Shown here: positions 8,791 through 17,101 of the stretch, piece after piece
How positions within the stretch are numbered: the stretch's first letter is position 1
Layout: the number at the start of each line of letters is the position of its first letter
Assembly: GCA_001805965.1 (NCBI GenBank)
Contig: MHHG01000024.1
Span: 1,384 to 65,383, forward strand
Length of the DNA: 64,000 nucleotides
Direction of reading: 5' to 3'
Source: Omnitrophica WOR_2 bacterium RIFOXYA2_FULL_38_17
GTDB taxonomy: Bacteria; Omnitrophota; Gorgyraeia; Zapsychrales; Zapsychraceae
Program-made: the position numbers and the translations under genes
The notes under the pieces: generated by a model
Seen by the model: only the letters and a program-made list of their open reading frames with translations
Told to the model about the DNA's origin: nothing
The model's database searches: none

Positions 8791-10125
8791 ATGAAGTTAT
8801 TCCGCATGTTAGGTTCTTTGATCACTGCAGCTGCTGTATCTTTGTTTTATGCTGTATCTTGTTTTGCAGGGGAAAATGGAGTTATTGATTCTGGAGCTAC
8901 TGCATGGATGTTGACATCAACGGCTTTGGTGCTTTTAATGGTCCCTGGGCTGGCTATGTTCTATGGTGGATTGGTTAGAACAAAGAATGTTCTTGGCACA
9001 ATGATGCACAGTTTTGTTTCTATAGCGATTATTGGTGTGTTGTGGACAATATTTGGGTATTCGTTATCTTTTGGACATAGTATTTTGGGCGGTTTTCTTG
9101 GTTGGAATCCTGATTATTTCTTCTTAAAAGGTATTGATGAAAGTATTGTTAATGGGGTTCCTGAATATGTATTAGCTATGTTTCAAGGTAAATTTGCGAT
9201 CATAACTCCTGCATTAATAGCAGGTGCACTTGCTGAGAGGGTTTATTTTAGAGGGTATTGTCTTTTTATAGCTCTTTGGTTCCTATTTGTTTATTGTCCT
9301 TTAGCTCACTGGGTCTGGGCTTCTGATGGGTGGCTCTTTAATGCTGGCGCTAGAGGTGTGATCGATCTGGCTGGAGGAACGGTAATTCATGTTTCAGCCG
9401 GAGTAAGTGCATTGGTCGTTTCCTTGTTTCTTGGAAAAAGAAAAGGTTATCCTGAAACAGTAGTAATGCCAAATAATCTGGTTATGACAATGATCGGAGC
9501 AGGATTACTATGGGTAGGCTGGTTTGGTTTTAATGCAGGCTCAACAGTGCATAGCGGGTTAGATACTGCCCGGGCGCTTACAATGACTCAGATTTCGGCA
9601 TCAAGTGGTGCTGTTACTTGGCTTGTTCTAGAAGCCATTATTTTTAAGAAGGCAACTTCTCTGGGCTTTGTGTCAGGAATTTTAGCAGGTTTGGTGGTAA
9701 TAACGCCTGCGGCAGGAGTTGTGCTTCCGTCGGGGGCTCTTATCTTGGGAATGTTATCATCAATCGCTTGTTATTTTGCACTAAAAATGAAAGCAAAATT
9801 TGGTTATGATGATAGTCTTGATTGTTTTGGTATCCATGGAGTTGGAAGTGGATTGGGAGTGCTAATGCTGTCTTTTTTTATAAGGGGAAGTTGGATGGCA
9901 GAGGCTTCAGCGGCTATCGGTACAAGATGGACGAACGTTGATCAATTTTTTATTCAGCTAAAAGGATTAAGTGCAACAATTGTATTAGCGGCTTTGGGTA
10001 CTTTGATAATTAGTTTTGTTGTAGAAAACACAATAGGTTTTAGATTAGGAAAAGCAAAAGAAATGGCAGGGATGGATCATTCTTTGCATGGTGAGCATGG
10101 ATATGGGATGTTGAATGTAAACTAA
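8791..10125 (+). CDS. amtB: Ammonium transporter (copy 2, E. coli AmtB-like subtype)
   Basis: LVLLMVPGLAMFYGGLVR, FAIITPALIAGALAER, DLAGGTVIH, DDSLDCFGIHG. Confidence 0.97.
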   Translation: MKLFRMLGSLITAAAVSLFYAVSCFAGENGVIDSGATAWMLTSTALVLLMVPGLAMFYGGLVRTKNVLGTMMHSFVSIAIIGVLWTIFGYSLSFGHSILGGFLGWNPDYFFLKGIDESIVNGVPEYVLAMFQGKFAIITPALIAGALAERVYFRGYCLFIALWFLFVYCPLAHWVWASDGWLFNAGARGVIDLAGGTVIHVSAGVSALVVSLFLGKRKGYPETVVMPNNLVMTMIGAGLLWVGWFGFNAGSTVHSGLDTARALTMTQISASSGAVTWLVLEAIIFKKATSLGFVSGILAGLVVITPAAGVVLPSGALILGMLSSIACYFALKMKAKFGYDDSLDCFGIHGVGSGLGVLMLSFFIRGSWMAEASAAIGTRWTNVDQFFIQLKGLSATIVLAALGTLIISFVVENTIGFRLGKAKEMAGMDHSLHGEHGYGMLNVN

Positions 10126-10153
10126 ATGTATTTTATCTATGGAAGGGAAAAAC

Positions 10154-10495
10154 ATGAAATTAATTACTGCTATTATTCAACCAGATAAATTAGATGAGGT
10201 CCGTGAGGCATTGATAAAAGCTGAAATTACAAGAATTACTGTGAGTCGTTGTTCCGGAAGAGGACAAGCTGAGGAAATTGATATATACCGTGGCCAGGAA
10301 ATAGTCCCGGAGCTAATATCAAAAGTAAGGCTTGATATTGCTGTTAATGAGGCTTTTGTTGATATTACAGTTGATACGATATTGAAGGCAGCAAAGCATG
10401 GAGATGGTGCAATTGGTGATGGTAAGATATTTATTACTTCTTTGGAAGAGTGTATACGTATTCGGACTGATGAGAGAGGGGGTAAGGCAATCTAG
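10154..10495 (+). CDS. glnK: PII nitrogen regulatory protein (copy 2, divergent)
   Basis: MKLITAIIQPDKL, IYRG, GAIGDGKIFI, IRIRT; start set at ATG 10154 by homology and SD. Confidence 0.93.
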   Translation: MKLITAIIQPDKLDEVREALIKAEITRITVSRCSGRGQAEEIDIYRGQEIVPELISKVRLDIAVNEAFVDITVDTILKAAKHGDGAIGDGKIFITSLEECIRIRTDERGGKAI

Positions 10496-10576
10496 TAACA
10501 GAATTATTATATTTAATAAAACTCAAGAATTGTGATATAACTCTAAGTAAGAAATTAAAAAAGGGAGGCAAACAAA

Positions 10577-12658
10577 ATGGAAGAATTTACTTCAATAGCG
10601 GATTATTATGGCGAAAATGTTTTTAATCTCAAGACTATGCGCAACTATCTCTCAGAGGAGGCATATAAATCTTTGAGCGCTACTATTAAGACTAGTGGCA
10701 CTTTGGACCCAAAGATTGCAGATGAAGTTGCAGATGCAATGAAAACATGGGCACTTTCAAAGGGTGCGACTCATTATACTCATTGGTTTCAGCCTTTGAC
10801 AGGTTCAACCGCTGAAAAGCATGATGCTTTTATCGACCCTGATAATGAAGGAGGCGTTATTATCAAATTCTCCGGTAAAGAACTTATTCAGGGTGAGCCG
10901 GATGCTTCAAGCTTTCCTTCAGGAGGATTAAGGACTACTTTTGAAGCTCGTGGATATACAGGATGGGACCCAACATCCCCAGCTTTTATTAAAGAAGGGC
11001 CTGAAGCAGCTACTCTTTGTATCCCAACATATTTTATTGGCTGGAAAGGAGAAGCCTTAGATAAGAAAACACCTCTTTTGCGTTCAATGAAAGCTCTTTC
11101 AAAACAAGTTTGTCGCTTGGCGGAGATATTTGGCATTAAATCAAAAGGTAAAACCGCATATGCAACTTTGGGTGGTGAGCAAGAATATTTTTTGATCGAT
11201 AGAGAGTTCTATTATTCAAGAATTGATCTTATGCAAACCGGCAGGACCTTATTCGGAAAAGAACCTGCAAAGCATCAGCAAATGGCAGATCACTATTTTG
11301 GTGCTATAAAGAGCCGTGTTATGGGCTTTATGGAAGACCTTGATAGAGAGATGTGGAGATTAGGTGCTCCTGTTAAAACAAGGCACAATGAAGTTTCTCC
11401 TGCACAATTTGAGATCGCCCCTGTTTTCGAACAGTTAAATTTAGCCATTGACCATAATATGTTGTTAATGGAGGTTATGCAAAAGGTCGCTGAAAAACAT
11501 GACCTGGCATGCCTTCTTCACGAAAAACCATTTTCTGGTGTTAATGGATCCGGGAAGCATAATAACTGGTCAATAGTTGGCCCTGACGAGAAGAATTGGC
11601 TTTCTCCAGGAGATAACCCGCACGATAATGCTAAGTTTTTAGTGGTTCTTTGTGCTATCATTAAGGCAGTTGATACATATGCTGATCTATTGAGAGCTTC
11701 AATTGCGTCAGCCGGCAATGATCATAGGCTTGGTTCACATGAAGCCCCTCCGGCTGTTATTTCAATTTTCTTAGGAGATCAGCTTACAGATATTATTGAG
11801 CAAATTGAAAAGGGCGGAGCAAAGTCTTCTAAGAAGGGTGGCGTTCTTGAGATAGGTGTTGATTCATTGCCTGATCTGCCTCGAGATGCGACTGATAGGA
11901 ACAGAACGTCTCCTTTTGCGTTTACTGGAGCGAAATTTGAATTTAGGGCAGTTGGCTCAAATGCTAATTTAGCAGGGCCAAATATTGTGCTTAATACTAT
12001 TGTCGCGGAAGCCTTAGACGAAATTTGTACAATATTAGAAGGTGTTAGTAAAAAGGACCTAAATGCTACAATACAAAAATTATTGCAGGATATTGTCAAG
12101 AAGCACAAAAGGATTCTTTTTAATGGTGATAATTATACAGAAGAATGGTTAAGAGAGGCAAAGAAAAGAGGCTTGCCAAATCTTAAGAATACTCCGGAAG
12201 CTTTAGAGGCTTTAAGGAGCCCGGCTAATGAGAAAGTTTTTGGAAAGCATGGAGTGTTATCCAAAACAGAGCTAGCTTCCAGGTATGAAGTTTATAAGGA
12301 AATGTATGAGTCTGTTATAGACTATGAAGCAAAGCTGTCTCTTGATATGGCAAAGACCATGATAGTGCCGGCTGTTTTTAGCTACCAAGAAGAGCTTGCA
12401 GACAGCATTAGATCAGTCGAGGGCATCAATAAGACAAAATCAACGGGGTCAAGAAAGATATTGAAAGAGATAACTGACGAGCTTGAAGGGGCGCTAGTTA
12501 AGATTGATACGCTTGCTGCTGCAATTAAAAGAGGCAATGCCTTAAAAACTAAGGTTGCGATGTTGGATCTTAGGTCTTCAATTGACTCTCTAGAAGGATT
12601 AGTTGCTGAAGATGTTTGGCCACTGCCTTCTTATGCAGAAATGTTGTTTATGCTTTAA
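10577..12658 (+). CDS. glnA: Glutamine synthetase type III
   Basis: 693 aa; ATHYTHWFQPLTGSTAEKHDAF, EPDASSFPSGG, HEKPFSGVNGSGKHNNWS, DRNRTSPFAFTG. Confidence 0.96.
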   Translation: MEEFTSIADYYGENVFNLKTMRNYLSEEAYKSLSATIKTSGTLDPKIADEVADAMKTWALSKGATHYTHWFQPLTGSTAEKHDAFIDPDNEGGVIIKFSGKELIQGEPDASSFPSGGLRTTFEARGYTGWDPTSPAFIKEGPEAATLCIPTYFIGWKGEALDKKTPLLRSMKALSKQVCRLAEIFGIKSKGKTAYATLGGEQEYFLIDREFYYSRIDLMQTGRTLFGKEPAKHQQMADHYFGAIKSRVMGFMEDLDREMWRLGAPVKTRHNEVSPAQFEIAPVFEQLNLAIDHNMLLMEVMQKVAEKHDLACLLHEKPFSGVNGSGKHNNWSIVGPDEKNWLSPGDNPHDNAKFLVVLCAIIKAVDTYADLLRASIASAGNDHRLGSHEAPPAVISIFLGDQLTDIIEQIEKGGAKSSKKGGVLEIGVDSLPDLPRDATDRNRTSPFAFTGAKFEFRAVGSNANLAGPNIVLNTIVAEALDEICTILEGVSKKDLNATIQKLLQDIVKKHKRILFNGDNYTEEWLREAKKRGLPNLKNTPEALEALRSPANEKVFGKHGVLSKTELASRYEVYKEMYESVIDYEAKLSLDMAKTMIVPAVFSYQEELADSIRSVEGINKTKSTGSRKILKEITDELEGALVKIDTLAAAIKRGNALKTKVAMLDLRSSIDSLEGLVAEDVWPLPSYAEMLFML

Positions 12659-12687
12659 AGACTAGAATTATGTAATAAAAAATCATT

Positions 12688-12746
12688 GAAAGTATCGGGG
12701 CATATGTTATCCTCGACGAAAAAAGTATTCCCCGATACTTTCTTTT
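12688..12746 (+). terminator. Probable terminator after glnA
   Basis: Perfect 13-bp inverted repeat GAAAGTATCGGGG/CCCCGATACTTTC with a 29-nt loop, then TTTT. Confidence 0.6.
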
Positions 12747-12782
12747 GAAGTACAAAAGATTTGTTTTATACTAATCTCTGCA

Positions 12783-12811
12783 TTGACAAATAATAGAAAT
12801 TGTTATATACT
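12783..12811 (+). promoter_or_regulatory. Sigma70-type promoter of ANTAR paralog 2 (probably also porin-amtB3-glnK3)
   Basis: TTGACA (12783-12788), 17 bp spacer, TATACT (12806-12811). Confidence 0.8.
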
Positions 12812-12834
12812 CCAAACATAGTAGTAGATGTAAA

Positions 12835-12904
12835 GAACGATGATGTTTATATGTCCTGGCAAAGTTGTCCGGAACTCATAGTAATGTGGGTCCGGGTTTT
12901 TTTT
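12835..12904 (+). promoter_or_regulatory. ANTAR dual hairpin/terminator, canonical layout (regulator leader, unit 1)
   Basis: P1 GAAC-GATGAT-GTTT, 9-nt linker, P2 GGC-AAAGTT-GTC overlapping terminator TCCGGAACTCATA-GTAA-TGTGGGTCCGGG followed by T8. Confidence 0.85.
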
Positions 12905-12922
12905 GTGTAAGATATTTATTTT

Positions 12923-12972
12923 GGGCAAAGATGTCCTCATTCAATGAAGATATAATTGGGTGGGGCTTTTTT
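12923..12972 (+). promoter_or_regulatory. ANTAR hairpin/terminator (regulator leader, unit 2)
   Basis: GGGC-AAAGAT-GTCC overlaps terminator CCTCATTCAAT...ATTGGGTGGGG followed by T6; weak second loop TC-AATGAA-GA. Confidence 0.82.
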
Positions 12973-12990
12973 ATTGCAAAGGAAAATATG

Positions 12991-14235
12991 ATGGCCGAAA
13001 AAAAGATCAGAAAGTTGCATATTAGTCAAGTGATGGAGAATAAACTCTTGCGTAAGATCGTTGAAATAACCAATTCTGAACTGGGCCTAGAAAAAGTTCT
13101 GAAAGAAACAGTTAATATTATCACAGAGGTTACAAAGGCAGACTCCGTGTTTATCTATTTACTTGATAATACAAAAAAACAGTTATCCTTGATGGCCTCG
13201 AAGACTCCTCATCAAAAAGAGATAGGACAGCTTAATTTAAAAGCAGGTGAAGGCATTGCAGGATGGGTCTTTAGCAACTCTTCCCTGGTGGCGATCGCAG
13301 AAAATGCTTATAAAGATGAACGTTTTAAAAGTTTTGATGTTTTGCCAGAAGATAAATATGAAGCCCTGTTATCTGTGCCAATTATCAATAAAGGTAAAGC
13401 TGTAGGCGTCGTGAATATCCAGAACAAAAGAAAACATGACTATAGTGAAAAGACGATAGATCTTATTTCTTTGATCGTAAAGCAAATTGAGGGTGTTTTA
13501 GAAAATGCTCGACTATATGAAGAAGCAAAGAAGAAAGCAGTACAATTTGATAACTTGATGAAGGTCAGTAATTCAATAACGTCAAAGAATTATCTTGAGG
13601 AGATCTTAAGTCTTATTGTGGTTGTTACGGCAGAGATTCTTAGCTCAAAGATATGTTCAATTATGCTTGTAGATAAAACGGGTAAAGAGCTAGAAATAAA
13701 GGCTACGCAAAGCCTTAGTGAACATTACAGGACAAAACCTAATTTAAAGATAGGTTCATGTATCAGCGGAGATGTTATAAGATCAAAAAAACCAATTGCG
13801 ATCTTTGATGTTCGGGAAGAAAAAAGATATTCATTTAGGGGTCTGGCAATAAAAGAAAAATTAACATCAATGTTATGTGTTCCAATGGTTGTGAAAGAGC
13901 AGGCAATTGGTTTGATAAATGTATATACGGAGAAGAAACACGAATTTACAAAAGAAGAGATTGATGTTTTGCAGATGGTGGCTAATCAGGCGGCAGTTGT
14001 TGTTGAGAATACAAAGTTAGTAGAAGAATCTATAAAGGCAAAAGAAGCATTAGAAACAAGAAAAATAATAGAAAAAGCAAAGGGCCTTTTGATGCAAATT
14101 AGATCTCTTAATGAAGATGATGCTTATAAAATGATATTGAAGAAGAGCATGGATTCTAGAAAATCTATGAAAGAAGTGTCAGAATCAATTTTATTAATGA
14201 GTGAATTTAAGAGTGAAGGGGTAAATTTGCAGTAG
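12991..14235 (+). CDS. GAF-GAF-ANTAR RNA-binding antiterminator, paralog 2
   Basis: Colinear and highly similar to 1436..2671 (e.g. FKSFDVLPEDKYEA, KICSIML, ALETRKIIEKAKGLLM). Start at ATG 12991 (or 12988) after AAGGA; the longer ORF-track start lies inside the attenuator leader. Confidence 0.9.
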   Translation: MAEKKIRKLHISQVMENKLLRKIVEITNSELGLEKVLKETVNIITEVTKADSVFIYLLDNTKKQLSLMASKTPHQKEIGQLNLKAGEGIAGWVFSNSSLVAIAENAYKDERFKSFDVLPEDKYEALLSVPIINKGKAVGVVNIQNKRKHDYSEKTIDLISLIVKQIEGVLENARLYEEAKKKAVQFDNLMKVSNSITSKNYLEEILSLIVVVTAEILSSKICSIMLVDKTGKELEIKATQSLSEHYRTKPNLKIGSCISGDVIRSKKPIAIFDVREEKRYSFRGLAIKEKLTSMLCVPMVVKEQAIGLINVYTEKKHEFTKEEIDVLQMVANQAAVVVENTKLVEESIKAKEALETRKIIEKAKGLLMQIRSLNEDDAYKMILKKSMDSRKSMKEVSESILLMSEFKSEGVNLQ

Positions 14236-14297
14236 CATAAGTAGAAAGCTATCATTAATTAATACAAAGCTTTTATCTCGTTGCAGATTTAAAAGCT

Positions 14298-14347
14298 GGA
14301 CATAGCGGTCCGCCTTAGAACATGGATGTTCGAAAGCGGACTTTTTT
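14298..14347 (+). promoter_or_regulatory. ANTAR dual hairpin/terminator (porin-amtB3-glnK3 leader)
   Basis: P1 GGAC-ATAGCG-GTCC, 6-nt linker, P2 GAAC-ATGGAT-GTTC nested in terminator GTCCGC...GCGGAC followed by T6. Confidence 0.9.
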
Positions 14348-14429
14348 ATTTTAACAGAGCGCAGATTGTTCTTAATAGACTATGTTGTCAGTAAAATCAA
14401 ATATAAGACATAATATGAAAGGAAACGAA

Positions 14430-15221
14430 ATGAATAAGAATTTAATTAAAAGCTTGTTGGTTCTTTTGACAGTTTTAGTTACACCGATGTTTCAAACGAA
14501 TGCCGAATCTTCAACAGTATTAGGGGATTACTTGGCAAGTAAAGATGTGGAAATAGCAGTTTCTGCTAACATTGATTATTACGATAAATATGTCTGGAGA
14601 GGATTTCTCCTGGATGGCGATAATGTTATGCAATCAGGAGTTACGCTTTCTTCAAAAGGTTTTGAGGGAGGCTTCTGGGGAAGCTGGGACCTTCAGTCTG
14701 AAGATGGATTAGCCTCTGATGAAGTAGATGGATTCATTGGTTATGGTTTTGGTCTTGGTTTTTTAAATGATGCACTTGAGAAAATCACAGTGTCCTTAGG
14801 TCATACATGGTATGGATTTCCTGAAGCTGACCTTTATTCTAAAGAATTTTATTTAGGATTTGCAGTAGACACGTTCTTGTCTCCATATTTTACATGGTAT
14901 AAGGATTATGAAGATGAGGAGCAAGGTGGTGCTGATGGCAACTATTTTATGGCAGGGATCGGCCATAGTTTTAATATTAGTGAAGAGTATGGCGTTACCC
15001 TTGATTTAGGGTTGGAATATGGATTTAACGATAACGCTTTTATTGATGGAAAAGGTCATTATGCTTTGTCTAAAGTAGGCGTTACTATTCCGCTAACTGA
15101 AAAAATCTCTATGAGCCCTGTTATTGCTTACAGTGTTCCATTTGGCGATCTAGCAAATGGCGGGGGAAATGACCAAAAAGAACAGTTTTATGGGGGTGTT
15201 TCACTTGCGTTTAATTTTTAA
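14430..15221 (+). CDS. Putative outer-membrane beta-barrel porin (TorF/Gcw_chp-like)
   Basis: Signal peptide, DKYVWRG motif (cf. SDYxFRG of the family), alternating aromatic beta-strands, terminal Phe; family typically found beside amtB/glnK. Confidence 0.7.
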   Translation: MNKNLIKSLLVLLTVLVTPMFQTNAESSTVLGDYLASKDVEIAVSANIDYYDKYVWRGFLLDGDNVMQSGVTLSSKGFEGGFWGSWDLQSEDGLASDEVDGFIGYGFGLGFLNDALEKITVSLGHTWYGFPEADLYSKEFYLGFAVDTFLSPYFTWYKDYEDEEQGGADGNYFMAGIGHSFNISEEYGVTLDLGLEYGFNDNAFIDGKGHYALSKVGVTIPLTEKISMSPVIAYSVPFGDLANGGGNDQKEQFYGGVSLAFNF

Positions 15222-15241
15222 GCAAAAAGGAAGGATATAAA

Positions 15242-16633
15242 ATGTTAAATAAAATAATGAAAAATATTGTTCGATCATTGCCCTTAATAGGGCTGATTAT
15301 AATGTTTTCGGTTATGCCGGCATTTGCAGAAGAGACAGAAACAAATGCAAAGGCAATTGAAGCATTAACTACTAATTTGAATATTGTTTGGACTTCAGTG
15401 GCTGCATTTTTGGTTTTTTTTATGCAAGCCGGTTTTGCGATGGTAGAAGTAGGTTTTACAAGAGCAAAAAATGCAGTGAATATTATAATGAAGAATTTAA
15501 TGGATTTTGCAGTTGGGACCCTTGTATTTTTCTTCATTGGTTTCGGACTTATGTTTGGAAAATCAAACGGTATATTTGGAACTACAAATTTCATGTTAGG
15601 CGGTGATGTTCTTGGTTCGGCTGAACATTGGAATTGGGCTTTCCTTATATTTCAGACGGTTTTTGCTGGAACTTCAGCAACTATAGTGTCGGGAGCAATG
15701 GCAGAAAGGACTAAATTTAAGGCATATTTATGTTACAGTGTCTTTATTTGTGCTTTTATCTATCCGATATTTGGCTCATGGGCGTGGGGAGGACTTCTTG
15801 ATGGTGGTGGCTGGTTAGAGAATTTAAAAACCCCTTTTGTTGATTTTGCTGGGTCAACCGTTGTTCACTCTATTGGTGGCTGGTTAGCATTAGCTGGAGC
15901 CATTGTTTTAGGCCCTAGATTGGGTAAATATTCTCCGGATGGAAAATCAAAGGCAATTCCTGGACACAATATAACTTTAGCTGCATTAGGTGTTTTTATA
16001 TTGTGGTTTGGATGGTTTGGTTTTAATCCTGGTTCAACAACTGTAGGCAATGGAGAGATCGGGCGGGTTGCTGTAACCACAAATCTGGCAGCGGCAGCTG
16101 GTGCGGTCAGCGCTATGATAATTGCATGGATATTATTTAAAAAACCTGATGCTTCAATGACTCTAAATGGTGCGCTAGCTGGATTAGTTGCGATAACAGC
16201 AGGTTGTTATACTGTTACGCCTATGGGTTCCATCTGGATAGGTGCTATAGGAGGAATCTTAGTTGTTTTTAGTGTCATTTTTATTGATCAGGTGCTAAAG
16301 GTTGATGATCCTGTAGGAGCTGTTTCTGTCCATGGAGTTTGTGGTGCTTGGGGTACGCTTGCTTGTGGCCTATTTAATGCCGAGAAGGTATTAGGAACAG
16401 GCGAAGTAAGCGGTGGTTTGCTCTATGGGGGAGGGATGAATCAATTAATAACACAGTTAATAGGGGTTGGAGCTGCTTTTATTTGGGCTTTCTCTATAGG
16501 GTTAATTTTATTTAACGTAATTAAGGTTACAATGGGCATTCGTGTTTCTCCAGAAGAAGAATTAAGAGGTTTGGATATTATGGAACATGGAATGGAAGCA
16601 TATGATGGATTCCAAATCTTTAGTAATTCATAA
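15242..16633 (+). CDS. amtB: Ammonium transporter (copy 3)
   Basis: FMQAGFAMVEVG, ATIVSGAMAER, DFAGSTVVH, DDPVGAVSVHG. Confidence 0.97.
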   Translation: MLNKIMKNIVRSLPLIGLIIMFSVMPAFAEETETNAKAIEALTTNLNIVWTSVAAFLVFFMQAGFAMVEVGFTRAKNAVNIIMKNLMDFAVGTLVFFFIGFGLMFGKSNGIFGTTNFMLGGDVLGSAEHWNWAFLIFQTVFAGTSATIVSGAMAERTKFKAYLCYSVFICAFIYPIFGSWAWGGLLDGGGWLENLKTPFVDFAGSTVVHSIGGWLALAGAIVLGPRLGKYSPDGKSKAIPGHNITLAALGVFILWFGWFGFNPGSTTVGNGEIGRVAVTTNLAAAAGAVSAMIIAWILFKKPDASMTLNGALAGLVAITAGCYTVTPMGSIWIGAIGGILVVFSVIFIDQVLKVDDPVGAVSVHGVCGAWGTLACGLFNAEKVLGTGEVSGGLLYGGGMNQLITQLIGVGAAFIWAFSIGLILFNVIKVTMGIRVSPEEELRGLDIMEHGMEAYDGFQIFSNS

Positions 16634-16658
16634 AAAAGTTTAAAGGAGGTATCAAATC

Positions 16659-17000
16659 ATGAAAATTATTACTGTAATGATACAGCCGCACAAATTGCCG
16701 GATGTTAAGAAAGAGCTCTTTGATGCAGATGTTCATAAAATGACCGTGACAAATGTGTTAGGTTGCGGGCAGCAAAGAGGTTATAGTGAGACATATAGAG
16801 GTGTGGTTCATGAAGTAAATCTCTTGAAAAAGGTTAGGATAGAAATAGCGGTAAATGAAAATTTTGTCGATAGGACAATAAAAGCAATTATCAAAGGCGC
16901 CAAGACAGGAAATATTGGTGACGGGAAGATATTTGTCACAGATCTGGATCGCTGTATTCGAATCAGGACAGGAGAGGAAGGCAATGAAGCTATAGGATAA
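16659..17000 (+). CDS. glnK: PII nitrogen regulatory protein (copy 3, close paralog of copy 1)
   Basis: [23 protein letters not shown]. Confidence 0.95.
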   Translation: MKIITVMIQPHKLPDVKKELFDADVHKMTVTNVLGCGQQRGYSETYRGVVHEVNLLKKVRIEIAVNENFVDRTIKAIIKGAKTGNIGDGKIFVTDLDRCIRIRTGEEGNEAIG

Positions 17001-17012
17001 AATAGAGGGGTT

Positions 17013-17050
17013 GGGGGCAGCATGCGGATCAATCGCAAGCTGCCCCTTTT
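17013..17050 (+). terminator. Intrinsic terminator after glnK3
   Basis: GGGGCAGC...GCTGCCCC hairpin followed by TTTT; no overlapping ANTAR hairpin. Confidence 0.7.
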
Positions 17051-17101
17051 ATATGCAATAAAAGTGCAGACATCAAATAATAATTTAAGTATATTATAGT
17101 T

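Noticed and set aside
12865-12990. N-terminal extension of ANTAR paralog 2 given by the ORF track (TTG start)
   Set aside because: Runs through the attenuator hairpins and terminators; the SD and homology with paralog 1 support ATG 12991/12988.
14356-14389. Extra ANTAR-like pair AGAGC-GCAGATT-GTTCT and GAC-TATGTT-GTC before the porin
   Set aside because: First loop is 7 nt, second starts with U, and no terminator or SD overlap; possibly a decayed unit but not supportable.
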